From Atractiella rhizophila (taxonomy: Eukaryota): a stretch of DNA of 58,467 nucleotides. The translations under genes were made by a program, and so were the position numbers. Positions within the stretch are counted from its first letter, which is position 1, and each line of letters begins with the position of its first letter. The DNA lies in assembly GCA_021432655.1 (NCBI GenBank), contig MU271214.1, positions 1 to 58,467 on the forward strand. The letters run 5' to 3'. This document shows, piece after piece, positions 1 through 13,245 of this stretch. Under the pieces are notes generated by a model. That model saw only the letters and a program-made list of their open reading frames with translations, searched no databases and was not told where the DNA came from.

Positions 1-1219
1 TCCCTCCTCTTCGTATCCTCTACCATACTCGCATATGCCTCCGCTCAGGGAGACCCAATTGCAAACCCACCAATTGGAACGGACCCCAGCAAGGCCGCTC
101 TCATCAAGCAGCTGAAGATGGCCCCGACGGCTGTCGATCGTGAAAACATGATTGACAAGGCGGGCGAAAGCTACATCTTTGATTTTCTCGGCTCTCCGTA
201 CGCTTTTACATCTCAGAAAAAAACAACAGATTGTCTGATGAGATTCTTAGGTTGACCGGTGGAACCGGAAAGGATGGTTTCTTTACCCTTGCTTCAGCTG
301 GAAACTTTCCAGCTGCCATCGGAACGGGAATGTCTGCGGCTTTCTTCGCCCTTGGTCCCTGCAGTACTATCTCGCCTCATCACCATCCTCGCGCTACCGA
401 ATTCCTCTACCTCATTGCTGGAGGTCCCATGCGTTTCGGAATCAATTTTGAAGCTGGTGGCCCATGTTAGTTCTCGCTCATTTTCTCGTCCAGATTCTGA
501 TGGAAATGCAGTAAGGTATGAGTACGTCCAGCCTGGGCAGGCAATCATGTTGCCACAAGGATCCATGCACTATGGCGCCGTGTTGGGTTGCGATCCCACC
601 GTCGTCGTCTCTATGTTCAAGTACACCTTTTCCCTTCAGCTTGGAAATACTGAATAAACACCAACACAGTTCCGAAGATCCGGGATTTCAGTTGGAGAAC
701 ACTGCTCTCTTCAGTTTCGATGACGAACAGATAAAGGCTGCCCGTAAGTGTATCATCTCTGCATCTGTCACTCCTAACATTCTCGTCATCAGTCGGTATC
801 GTAGGAGCCCTCCCAGTCGATGGTATGCCTCCTAGCCCACTGCTAAATGATAACTAACGATTTTTCTCTCAGTCGCAAATTTCCCCGCCCCTCTCCAACT
901 TGGCTTCGAATCCTGTCTAGAAGCCTGTCAAATTCCTCCCGAATATGATATCTCCACGGTTACCAAACTTCAAGTCATGGAAGCCGCCATCTCAGCTCTC
1001 AGTGGCCGCGCACAGGCTGGAAGTTTGAACACTCTCGACACCACAGATTACAAGAACGGACCTTCAGACTTCAAACCTGGAGTCCCACTACAGGTTAGAC
1101 CTGTACCATACGCGCCGCCTTTCAGCACAGACCCGTTTGCGAATGCCAACAACAGACCCCCGAATTGGAAACCACCAGCGACGGTGCAAGCTCTCAATTC
1201 TTCTTCTTCGAACCCGTGA
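1..1219 (+). CDS. Germin-like/spherulin-1-like cupin protein, secreted; 5' end outside the window; multi-exon
   Basis: Frame 1 reads SLLFVSSTILAYASAQGDP (signal-peptide tail) ... LKMAPTAVDR...YIFDF. After a GT-AG intron (~198-250) comes the germin box PCSTISPHHHPRATEFLY, then GQAIMLPQGSMHY and SSEDPG. Stop TGA at 1217-1219. Confidence 0.85.
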
Positions 1220-2486
1220 GTGAGGAAGAAAGACGATGAGCAGTGACAGATGTATGGGGTGGGATGCATTTCTGATTATGATTCAAGATATCCTGACTTG
1301 TAACGACGATGTGATGTCTTTACGGGTTTTATGGTAATGCACAACGCCTAGAAACAACAACACACCAATCTTGAGATGTATGGTCGCAACATAATTCTCC
1401 TTCAAGTTTACGACACTTGCATCCTCCAATCTGATCTCCTTCGTTCTTTGTTTTGGCCATCGTGTCGTCTGAAACCCTCACATAACACACTCAAGCTCCT
1501 GCGCCCCCAGCCAGTCTGCGGCGAAGTTCAAAATTCCCAACCACCCATTCAGAGCGTTTAATGTTCGAATCGAACTTGCGTTTCTCCTCAATACCATCAT
1601 GGTCACTTTCGGAAGATTCAAGAATCAGAAAACATTTTCTGCGATCTGGATCTCCGTCCTTACGTTGTCACACTTGTTCATGTCCTCGTTTGCTTTCATG
1701 TCTGATACGATATCTCCCCGAAAGCGAAGGCGCCAAGTCGTCAAGAAGAACAAGATGCTCAGTATTTTACTGCTATTGTTCGAGTAGACAAGAGGATTGT
1801 TAATAAGTAGTTAGCAATTAAGTTCAGATGAGTCCTTATCCTTCTGCTTTCTGAGTGCCGAAAGAAGGGGAAGAAAAGCGCTTCGACCGTGCAAGTGCAT
1901 AAAACACGATTTTGCAAGCCGGCCGTCTGCGGCAGCATCCGCGGCACTCCAGTTGAAGGTGCTTGAATATATGAATGCTCATCAATCTCGGTTTTAGGCA
2001 GGTGGTTTATTCATACACTAAATCTGGTACACTAACCGGGGAAGTTGAAGTCTGCTTGCTGCTTGGTCAATATTATCACAAAGGGAAGAAGACAATATGC
2101 TGGTTAAGAGAAATCGGCGGCTGCCTATGCTCTGTTTCCTGAATGTGACGGCTTTTTGCAATATCACCTTACTAGTACCAGGGGATTTGGAATTATTGAC
2201 TGACATACCGCTCCCAACCGACATGCCGTCTTAAACCCCTTAATTATAAGCTTATGGCATCACTAAACCTCGTCCTACAATGAGAGGTTTGCGTTGCCGA
2301 CGAAATTCAGACCCTGAGTGCGTCGTTCGCGTCGATGCTCATAAAAGCTGGACTCTTCGTATTCACGTACTTACGAGGTATAAGCACAGAACAGCCAGAG
2401 AAGATGCAGGGGTAGATTTCTCCAATGTTTCGTGACAAAACTAATCCAAACATAGCTTCGAGTCCCAGCTTTTGCGAAAGTACATC

Positions 2487-3481
2487 ATGGTATTACACAA
2501 CAAGCCAGATCTCTCAGACATCATCTTCACGTTTCCGAAGGACCTCTGGAAGCCGCATGAGAAGTTATATGCCAACAAAGCCTTCCTATCTTCAATATCT
2601 CCCGTCTTTCAAGCCAGTATGTACAGAGCCGAATTTAAACACGCCCCAAATTAACGGGTTACAGTGTTTGGACCTTGCTTCGAAGAGAGTCAAGGCGAAA
2701 TTGGAAAACCTTTTGTCTCGCCTGTTGTAGACACATCCTATCGAACGTTTGCGGCACTTCTACGATACATTCATACTGCGTGAGCAGTTAATCCATAGAG
2801 GTGAACCACTGATTTTCCTGCAGTCAAGTTGAATTCCGGAAAGTGTTTTCCTACGAATCCTATTGCCCAGAGGACGAGACCAATGGCTATCAGAAGTCCC
2901 TAGAAAACAAGGATCACTTCTTGACGTCGTACACGCAATGGAATGAGGATCAGACACTTTCTAACGGCTCAGAAACAGAAACCTGTGATCCCGTTGAACT
3001 CTATGTCCTTGCCGAAAGTAACTGTTTTCAAGATGAATCTTTCGTGAAGCTGATAGCAGATTACAGAATTTGATCTCCAAGAGCTCAAGAAAATAATTTT
3101 AGATCAGCTCCATCAACACCTGACGCCTCAATCGGCATACGATGCATTGTTCAGCGTACCTTCCCTGGTACTTGCAGAGTTAAGAAAAGTAATAAGGAAC
3201 TACGTGTTGAAGCATTGGGTACCCAACTTTCTTTCTAGTGGCAATTGTTTTATTTGGTGAAATAGGCAGAAGTCATCCGATCTCCCGCTTACCTCAACCA
3301 GCAACTGTTCCTCCTGGCCTCATTATCGGAGTGTTATGACTGCATGCCGCACAGTCTGGAGGTTTCTTGGGATGTGAGAAGAAGCGCGGTTCGTGAGATC
3401 AATTACTCCTTCACCGATACAACAAGCAGGCCACAAGGCTATTATTCTGGAGGTTTTTGTCGTTACTGTCAACGCTATTGA
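2487..3481 (+). pseudogene. BTB/POZ-domain protein with an in-frame stop
   Basis: Reads DLSDIIFTF..EKLYANKAFLSSISPVFQASMY..F, then TAA at 2652-2654. The same frame continues VVDTSYRTFAALLRYIHT. Later exons give DPVELYVLAE/FDLQELKKII..LTPQSAYDALFS..LRKVIRNYVLKHW, with a stop at 3479-3481. Start uncertain. Confidence 0.7.
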
Positions 3482-4307
3482 TTGACCTCAACTCTTTCCA
3501 TTTCAAATGCTGTGGAGACTGGTCGGTTGTGACTCCTCATTTCATCATGTGTTTTTGTGTCGTTTCTGACTACAAACGAATGTAAAAATCAACAACACAC
3601 GACGACTGATCGAGTGAGAGTGTGAAAGTTGACTGAACAGCTTGAATCTCTCGCCAAAGGAAAGTCTGGTCCAACCCTGAGCAAATCTGGGAAGCAGGGA
3701 GCTCAAGAAAGCTCTTGAAGGACTTAAGGGACAGTTAAGGTACGCCATTCTCTTATTCGTCAAGTTGGCGACGAGGGGAAAGGATGGGAGATTGCCTCCT
3801 TTATGCTTGTGTTACACGTGCGCTTTGCACGCCGTGCAATACAGCCAATGTGAAATAGATGGAAAGATGGTCTGCTCGTCATCATTCTCGTCTTGCTTGT
3901 TCTGTTTTGATCAGGAAACCAATTTGGCAACCAATCAGTCACTTTCTTTCAGACCAGATGGAGTGACCATTGTTACCCATTGAGTTACCACCGCTCTTTT
4001 GTTCCCTTTTCAAACATGTTGGGGATTCTCCACATCCACACAATTGCCCCAGAATCTTTGCAATCAGCTTTCAGTGAGCTGCGTCTACAACGCGAGCATC
4101 TCGGCACGCTACAAGATATATACAGACTGGTGCTCACCTCTTTTTCACTGGTGATCGTTGTTGCCTATCCGAAAACGGAGGGAGACAGCACATGTGAAGC
4201 TGTCGACTCTCTGTATGACAAACCCTGCAACGAGGGTCAACAACAAACATCTTCTTACATTTCTCATTTAGGCTCTCATCAGTCAACGCCAGTCAACTTT
4301 TACCAAC

Positions 4308-6000
4308 ATGAGAGACTGTCCTATTTGTTGCAAGCCATGGAACGGCGACATTCCATCGTTCCAAAACCACATCAACCAGTGTCTCGATGGCACTTCCCCG
4401 CCATCTCCCATCGCTTCTACTTCCTCCAATTATTTGTATTCTACTACAAATGATCAAGACAGAGACCTTCAGTATGCCCTCTCCATCGCCGAGCAAGATT
4501 CCGTGATCTCCTCCGACCAAGACCTAGCTCGTGCGCTTGCCGATGAGATGTCGCGTGAAGCTACTCAGGATGATGCTCAACTTGCCCAGACCCTAGCTAC
4601 TACTGAACAAGAGGTATACCGCTTGGGAGGAGATATATCAGAGCAACAGTGTCCTGTGTGCGGCATTGACTTGGGATTTATGGAGGCCAGGCGGAGGGAC
4701 AGACATGTCTTAGCCTGCATTGAAGGGGAAGGTGTGACTAACCATATGGAAGCCCCTGCTCCTAGTGATCCAGAAGACACCATTCCTGACGAGAAAGGAA
4801 AATCCAGAGCTGAAGACGAATCCAACGCCACGGCAGGTGTGTACTAAGAGTCGTGTTTCCCAAAATGCTGAAGAAGTTTAGGCATTGTGCCTATTCTTGC
4901 CGATCTTCTTAACCGCTCTTCAACCCGAAATGCCCAACTTTCTTCTTCGCGTACAATCCATTTTCGAGGTGTACGGCGTACGTGTTCCCATTTGCCATCC
5001 TCACGCCTGTGTTAAGGGTGTAATCTTACTTTGCAGGAGACCTCCTTTATTCATGTGGCTACCGCAACTTCCAAATGCTCTTCTCTGCTGCTCGTCACCT
5101 CCCATGCTATTCCTCTATAGCTGGAGATGTTCCCAGTATTAGACAGTTGCAAGCGATTGCTGAACGCGCGTGGGGACATGGTATGTCCTACCCTTCCTCC
5201 CTATCGTCGTTGTCACACATTTTCATGGGAAGGTTTTGACCCGCTGGGCGCCGAGCACTTTCGAGGAAAGCTTGTTGGATCGAAACGTTGGATTGGCACC
5301 ACTGAGATTTATGTCATGTTTACTTGGCTCGGATTCCGGTTTGTCCACTCAGCAATTCTGTTCTGTTTCAAAGACAGTTATGAGCAGGGCTCTGATTTAC
5401 GACTTTCCGAAAGCCACTGGACCTAACGGCACGCATGTTGGCCTTACCAATTTTATTCAGAACTACTTTTCGCATTCGAAATCGAATGATGCCTTCCAGT
5501 CTCTGAATAAGAGTGGAGGGTCTCACATCCGCATGTGTGGAGAAGGGAAACTACCTCTGTATCTCCAGCACAAGGGTCACTCCCGGACAGTCGTTGGGGT
5601 CGAAACCACTAAGCGAGGGGAAACAAATATTCTGGTCCTTGATCCCGGACGGTGTGTTCGCTTTGTTGCGTCGGTGAATGTTGCTGAAGAAAATAATAGG
5701 GCCTTACATTACAATCTTAAGAAAGCAACGGCAGTCCACATCCATGCCACCGAAGAGAGTTCCATTCCTCCCGATCGCATGCGAACAAAGTTATTGCAGC
5801 GGCTGGCTCCTCCCCATTCCGTCGTCGCAAAAAATAATTTACTTGCGGATGCTGAGAATCTATTGAGGCCGTTTAGGGTAAGCCTGAAGGCTTTGAGTCG
5901 GAATGAGCAGTACCAGATTCTTGTCATCGAAGATGGATCACCTCTGACTGACATTGAAAAAATGGAAAGGAAGGAAATCAGGAGTACTGTGGTGCATTAA
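4308..6000 (+). CDS. ZUP1: ZUP1/ZUFSP (Mug105-like) peptidase C78 deubiquitinase with UBZ zinc fingers and UIM/MIU-like helices, copy A
   Basis: UBZ-like fingers CPIC...HINQC and CPVC...HVLAC; helices DLQYALSIAE and DQDLARALADE. Spliced catalytic motifs: YSCGYRNFQML, GFDPLGAEHF..L.G..RWIGTTEI, PLYLQHKGHSRTVVG and ILVLDPG. Confidence 0.9.
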
Positions 6001-6613
6001 CTAGACTGATTCCAGGCTGTGGCGAAGGTTGTTTGTGTAAATACCCATTGAGATAGGTGTAGAATTAGTTCAGTAGCAGTGAATCATTAAAGACCAGCAT
6101 GTTATTCATATCGTATCACCATTTGTTTGGCACGTTTAACATCAGTCCAGGCTGGAGGCAGATCGAAGGTGGCAAGTTGTCGATATCGCGGCATCAGAGG
6201 CGAACTGCATACGACCACCTGTTGACGTGAGAAGAACTGAGTAAGCTTGTTCTGAAATGCTAGTGCAAGTTTCAGTAGCTTCAGCCTCGTCACCTCGCTT
6301 TGTGCCTGGCGGCTTTTCTCATCACAAAACGTGAAGCAAAGTCATGCTACAGGCACTCGCGAGGTTTGTAAGAGTAGTACCACGCAGGGTTCAATTATAA
6401 ATATCTTGTACTTCCACACGAAGAAGCAGTAACAGACAAGGGTACGGATTGTTGAAGAACGTCTAATAGATCAAAGTTGACAAAGTTGAAGGGTAACAGG
6501 GGACAAAGTGTGACGCATCAGACAAAAAAACATTCATCATGACATCGTAAGACGCAACCGAAGACCTCTATAAGGCAGCTAAATTCTATTCACAAATAAG
6601 CTTCTATGCACTT

Positions 6614-7490
6614 TCACTTCGACCACTTCTTATGTGAATGGTACAGTTTTTCGTGTATCCAACCGAGGACAAAATTCGGAACAAGACCGTGAGCCCAAGA
6701 GGCAAACAGTTGGTCGATACCGATGGGATAACAGAACTATTTTCTGTATTAGCACTCTTTTCTAACTGCGAAGGAATCCACTCTACCCTGGGGTAATCAA
6801 TTTCGATGGCGTTTCGAACCACGGTAAAGATGAGACCATCATCAACCTTCCACGCGCTGATCCACTTGCCGAGCGTCTGTGTAACTTTGACCTGGGTGTC
6901 AAAGACGCTTCGAACAAATGGATTCGCGTCGACGCTGAGTATGCTTCGCACATCGTTTGTAACCGACACCGTAGGTTGTGTGGGATCAAGGTGCTCCATC
7001 TCGCTGCGCGAGGCATGAGACATCGTTGAAGCGCCGGGGAGAACGAGGGAGACTGCGATGCCGAACGGGGAAAGTTCAAAGGCGAGAGTTCGTGTCATGG
7101 ACCTGAAGGCTGCTTCAGGCACCGAAAGAGCGCCAGAAGGTAGGGCTATTGCATATCGTCAATCTTGCACGATGTGACACAGAAGAACTCACGTCCGAGC
7201 CCGGCACTACCTGAGGAAGCCCATATATTCATCACACGTCCCTTATCGTTCCGCAAGAGATCCATCAAGTCTTGCACGATTGTAAGACTCACATTCACCT
7301 CCTTAGTCAACTCTGCCAGGTGGTCCTCCGTTGCAATTGACAGAGGTATTGGGATTTCCGAATAGTAATCGTGGCCAGGAGACATTTTCTTGACATTGGA
7401 CTTCCCCGTCGATTCACTCGAAGATGATCTTGATCGCGTCATATCGCTAGAGCTGAAAGTACGAGGGACTGAGCGAGCAGTCGAAGACTC
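6614..7490 (-). pseudogene. 5'-truncated copy of the SDR gene (3' exons only)
   Basis: Near-identical to 13246-14121, but cut at the duplication junction. It lacks the N-terminal Rossmann exons, and the ORF-track start at 7628 is TTG. Confidence 0.85.
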
Positions 7491-8442
7491 AGAAGCGCGG
7501 TTCGTGAGATCAATCACTCCTTCACCGATACAACAAGAAGGCCACAAGGCTATGGAGGTTATTGTGGTTACTGTCAACGCTATTGATTCTGCTGGCGCTG
7601 ACGGCAATCTCAACTCTTTCCATTTCAAATGCCGTGTAGACTATCAGTGGTTATGACTCCTCTTATGACTCCTCATTTCATGATGTGCTTTCGTGTCGTT
7701 TCCGACTACAAACGAATGTAAAAATCAACCACACACGATGATTGGAGTGAGAGTGTGAAGGTTGACCGAACAGTTTGAATCTCTCACCAAGGAAAAGTTT
7801 GGTACAACCTGAGCAATCTGGGAAGCAGGGAGCTCAAGAAAGCTCTTGAAGGACCTAAGGGACAGTTAAGGTACGTCATTCTCCCATTCGTCAAGTTGGA
7901 GACGAGGGGGAAGGATGGGAGACTGCCTCCTTTATGCTTGTGTTACACTTGCACTGTCCACGCCTTGCAATGCAGCCGATGGTAAATAGATGGAAAGATG
8001 GAAAGATAGTCTGCTCGTCGTCATTCTCATCTTGCTCGTTCCGTTTTGATCAGGAAACCAATTCGGCAATCAATCAGTCACTTTCTTTCAGACCAGATGG
8101 AGTGACCATTGTTGCCCATTGAGTTACCACCGCTTTTGTTTCCTTTTCAAAGATGTTGGGATTCTCCACATCCACACCATTGCACCAGAATCTTTGCAAT
8201 CAGCTTTCAGTGAGCTGCGTCTACAACGCGAGCATCTCGGCACGCTCCAGGATATATACAGACTGGTTCTCACCTCTTTTTCACTGGTGATCGTTGTTGC
8301 CTATCCGAAAACGGAGGGAGACAGCACATGTGAAGCTGTCGACTCTCTGTATGACAAACCTGCAACGAGGGTCAACAACAAACATCTTCTTACATTTCTC
8401 ATTTAGGCTCTCATCAGTCAGCGCTAGTCAACTTTTACCACC

Positions 8443-10136
8443 ATGAGAGATTGCCCTATTTGTTGCAAGCCATGGAACGGCGACCTTCCATCGTTCCAAA
8501 ACCACATCAACCAGTGTCTCGACGGCACTTCCCCGCCATCTCCCATCGCTTCCAGTTCCTCCAATTGTTTATATTCTACTACAAATGATCAAGACAGAGA
8601 CCTTCAGTATGCGCTCTCCATCGCCGAACAAGATTCCGTCATCTCCTCCGACCAAGACTTGGCCCGTGCGCTTGCCGATGAGATGTCGCGTGAAGCTACT
8701 CAGGATGATGCTCAACTTGCCCAGACCCTAGCTACTACTGAACAAGAGGTATATCGCTTGGGAGGAGATATATCGGAGCAACAGTGTCCTGTGTGCGGCA
8801 TCGACTTGGGATTTATGGAGGCCAGGCGGAGGGACAGACATGTCTTAGCCTGCATTGAAGGGGAAGGTGTGACTAACCATATGGAAGCCCCTGCTCCTAG
8901 TGATCCAGAAGACACCATTCCTGACGAGAAAGGAAAATCCAGAGCTGAGGACGAATCCAACGCCACGGCAGGTGTGTACTAAGAGTCGTGTTTCCCAAAA
9001 TGCTGAAGAAGTTTAGGCATTGTGCCTATTCTTGCCGATCTTCTTAACCGCTCTTCAACCCGAAATGCCCAACTTTCTTCTTCGCGTACAATCCATTTTC
9101 GAGGTGTACGGCGTACGTGTTCCCATTTGCCATCCTCACGCCTGTGTTAAGGGTGTAATCTTACTTTGCAGGAGACCTCCTTTATTCATGTGGCTACCGC
9201 AACTTCCAAATGCTCTTCTCTGCTGCTCGTCACCTCCCATGCTATTCCTCTATAGCTGGAGATGTTCCCAATATTAGACAGTTGCAAGCGATTGCTGAAC
9301 GCGCATGGGGACATGGTATGTCCTAGCCTTCCTCCCTATCGTCGTTGTCACACATTTTCATGGGAAGGTTTTGACCCGCTGGGCGCTGAGCACTTTCGAG
9401 GAAAGCTTGTTGGATCGAAACGTTGGATTGGCACCACTGAGATTTATGTCATGTTTACTTGGCTCGGATTCCGGTTTGTCCACTCAGCAATTCTGTTCTG
9501 TTTCAAAGACAGTTATGAGCAGGGCTCTGATTTACGACTTTCCGAAAGCCTCTGGACCTAACGGCACGCATGTTGGCCTTACCAATTTTATTCAGAACTA
9601 CTTTTCGCATTCGAAATCGAATGATGCCTTCCAGTCTCTGAATAAGAGTGGAGGGTCTCACATCCGCATGTGTGGAGAAGGGAAACTACCTCTGTATCTC
9701 CAGCACAAGGGTCACTCCCGGACAGTCGTTGGGGTCGAAACCACTAAGCGAGGGGAAACAAATATTCTGGTCCTTGATCCCGGACGGTGTGTCTCGCTTT
9801 GTTGCGTCGGTGAATGTTGCTGAAGAAAATAATAGGGCCTTACATTCCAATCTTAAGAAAGCAACGGCAGTCCACATCCATGCCACCGAAGAGAGTTCCA
9901 TTCCTCCCGATCGCATGCGAACAAAGTTACTGCAGCGGCTGTCTCCTCCGCATTCCGCCGTCGCAAAAAATAATTTGCTTGCGGATGCTGAGAATCTACT
10001 CAGGCCGTTTAGGGTAAGCCTGAAGGCTTTGAGTCGGAATGAGCAGTATCAGGTTCTTGTCGTCGAGAATGGATCACCTCTGACTGATATTGAAAAAATG
10101 GAAAGGAAGGAAATCAGGAGTACTGTGGTGCATTAA
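8443..10136 (+). CDS. ZUP1: ZUP1/ZUFSP peptidase C78 deubiquitinase, copy B
   Basis: Same exon structure and Cys/His/Asp motifs as copy A, with scattered substitutions. The one-base difference near 9795 lies in an intron. Confidence 0.9.
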
Positions 10137-10952
10137 CCTGAACTGATATTAAAGTTGTGCCGACCGTTTCATTGTGCAGTTCGTTTCCTTGAACATCGAT
10201 AGAGTTTGGTCAGTAGCAGTAAATCATTGTAAACAAACGCTTTCTCCATATCAGCATATTTACATACGTCACTTTATGGGAAAGCTCCCAGTCGTTCCGT
10301 CTGGTAAATCACTCTTGATTTTCTCCATCTTACTTTCGACCCTTTCTCCGATTTCAGCACGCCAGATGCGTAAGAGTGTTGCCGCTTTGCAAGACCTGCC
10401 ACATCCTAACAGCAAGAGGCGTACTGTGTAGACGGAACCTGCTATGGCCTACATTGAAGTCAAGCTGCGCCCACTTAGATTATTACAAAGGGGACAAGCT
10501 ACAAAGTCTCCATGGAGAAAGAGATCTTACCTGCCTAAATAAGGCACTAATCGCATTCAATTTCAGCAAAAGCGACGAGGTACACAGATGGACAAAGGGA
10601 TCTTGAGAGACCTATAGTGAATCAAATTAAATGATTCAGTCGCCACAAAGGTACAAGTTACAAACTCGTTGTTGCACAAAGGGATCTAGAGTCGATTACT
10701 CCATTACCATGGCAGGAGTCTTGACTGGCATTATTTGCAAGTCAATGCTGCGTGCAATGCAGTCCCACTTGCACTGACATAAAAGCGTGCTGTCAGGTTG
10801 GCGTTGGCACTCCTCTCCAAAAACCAACATTTTGCCAACAGACAGTTTATGGTAGTCTAGACCTATATTCTTAACGACTGACATCGAAACATCAAAATGC
10901 CTTGGCTCAATCTGCATCCGCTTTACTCAAGCAGGCTGACCAAATCTAAGAG

Positions 10953-12412
10953 ATGGTTCGTTTGCGTGGCTGGCACGAAGTTACTGATTATCATCGTCTG
11001 ATAGGGTCGCTCGTAAAGCGGTGGTCACGTTGGATAACGGCGAAATCCATGATCCTAACTTACACCCTCATTACGAGGCCGATGACGCCCCATTATATCC
11101 ATGGACTTCTTCCACATTTCCAAGGCCAAAGGGGAGTCGCTACGATCAAGAGCTGCACCGTAGGGTCCGAGAAAAGTACGAGATTCAAGACGAAGCAGAC
11201 CCAGCAGTAGGAAACGAATATGGATTCCGGGTTGGTGTGGAACCCATTTACGGTCCCGAAAGACCACGAAGTAATTTACATCGTGAGCATTATAGTCCTG
11301 CATGCAGCAATCAAGCACAGCAATAATCATGATGCTCAAGCACGAATGATACTTCAACGTAATATCCGGGCGTTCCCAAGCTTGGGGAAGTGGGGTTGAT
11401 GCCTTTTCAGTCAGCAATAATTTCGAACATGTAGTATACTTCTTGACCATATGAAACGGAACGGAAAGAGGTACACGAAGCAGAAGATTGATCACGTGCG
11501 TTCAGAGCTGACCAAATCGGACAAAGGTACAAAAGGCAACTATTATGCCTTGCGTGTAAAACTAGTATGGCGAACTTCAAACTTTGTGACTCATTGGCGC
11601 ATTCTCCAAGATGCGGTTCAATACTCTATCTGAATCCGCGAAGATAGGGGGGAATGCAAGCTAGCAGCTAGTACTTAGTATTTATGGAGTTGCTCGACCG
11701 TAATGTTTATGAGAACGGCCTATGTGAATTTTAAGAGCTGTCGACATCCCATCTAATCAAGCTGTGATCATGTCCACGAACAATAATTTGGATACAGATG
11801 AGCAGTTTGTGAGGCAGAAAAAGATTTCTCAACCAAGCGATTCGCGCCGAGCTGTGAGTTCCTGAATTGGATATATACATGCTGATCCACTGCAACAGGG
11901 CAAGAAGAAGGAAGAAAAGTGTGAGATGTCGCAGGAGCCGAAGCAGAAGAAAGGTACGCGGAAGCATGCGTTTGTTCGACACTCACGAAGTGATAGGCAT
12001 TGGGTGGGAGCGACGTGACGGAGTTCCCATTCTAGGATCGCGACGAGTACGCAAGGTTCTTCTCGCTGCGGCCTTTCCGGAATTTTACACCACAGAAGAG
12101 GTAGACATCTTGCATAGTCTTTTGGACGAAGAACGCACCGCTAGATACAACTTCTTTGGAGATACAAACGTTACGCCAGATCGAAACCGGCTGATGTGGC
12201 GATACAGAGCTGGTCAGTTTGAATCAATCCGTTGGATTGGTTCTCGCGATGTTGACCCTTATTGCCTATCCCCATGGTGGGCCGGTGGTATCATTTTTGG
12301 ATTATTGCATGAAATGCCACGAGAGTACCTCGAACACGTTGGCGCATACATGCAGGTTAAAAGGGCGATTAACATTATGAATAGGTTGGCAAACGAGCCA
12401 AAATTTGTATAA
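10953..12412 (+). other. Unassigned, possibly degenerate intron-containing gene(s) in the segment unique to duplicate B
   Basis: Intron-like GTTCG..CTGATAG at 10956-11003. Protein-like ORFs at 11021-11326 and 11867-12412 (HEVIGIGWERRDGVPILG...PYCLSPWWAGG) with stops between them. No family recognised. Confidence 0.35.
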
Positions 12413-13245
12413 TGATCAGCTGCCTGAAATTGACAACATGCGTCCATAGTAATCACTGATTGTTTCTTTTCATTTCATAATGTGCACCGCTAGCATATCC
12501 AGCCCCGATTCTGCTCTCAATCAGCAAATAAATATTGATAACCTCAAGCCTGTTGGAGGTTGAGTCAATCCATCCTAGCTAAGAAGTTCATGAAGTATTC
12601 CAAGATATAAAGGATGGAAGAAGAAAAAATGTTGTCTGAAGTGAAAGCGACGAAAGAGTAGGAGGTCTCACCTGATGTGCGGTTGAATTTACCACCGCAC
12701 GACCCTAATCTAATCGACCGCTCTTTGGACTCTTCCGTTATCCACATTCGGCGTTTAAATCCTCCTATACATTCAAGATGAAGCGATAAAGCAAGAAAAC
12801 TCCCGACTTGCAGACCAGCTATGGTGGGTTTTCGAAAGAGATATGGCGGGAGACCCCGGAAATTGCTCAACAAGGAGCGAACTTTATATTAAGGTTGTGT
12901 CGAACGATACCTCCTTCTCAACATCGAATACTTCCTTGCACCCACCAAGTGCATTTGCATAATTCATTTCGTAGTTAATTCGATTCGATGAGCAGTACTT
13001 CCCCAACAGAATTCAATTGTAATTATCTTGTACGTCCACATGAGGAAGCAGTAACAGACAAGGATTCGAAGTGCTGAAGAAAGTAACAGGTCTATCGAAG
13101 GTGACAAAGTTGAACGGCAACAGGAGACATAATGTGAAGCATCAAACAATAAACATTTATCATAACTTGCTTTAGGATCGTGGACGCAATGGAACACCTC
13201 TACAAGAAAGGAAATTCTATTCACAAATAATCGTTCTATGCACTT

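Noticed and set aside
1376..2224. Short ORFs here and at 3545-4453, 15866-17105 and 44094-44907, plus antisense ORFs overlapping the called genes
   Set aside because: No recognisable motifs or coherent splice structure; many start at non-ATG codons or are shadows of real genes.
7146..7628. Possible new chimeric ORF across the 7491 junction
   Set aside because: It starts at TTG, with no ATG upstream of the junction in frame; treated as a truncated SDR pseudogene.
9780..9840. Apparent frameshift in ZUP1 copy B (ORF track changes frame)
   Set aside because: The extra base lies within a GT..AG intron, so the spliced frame is intact.
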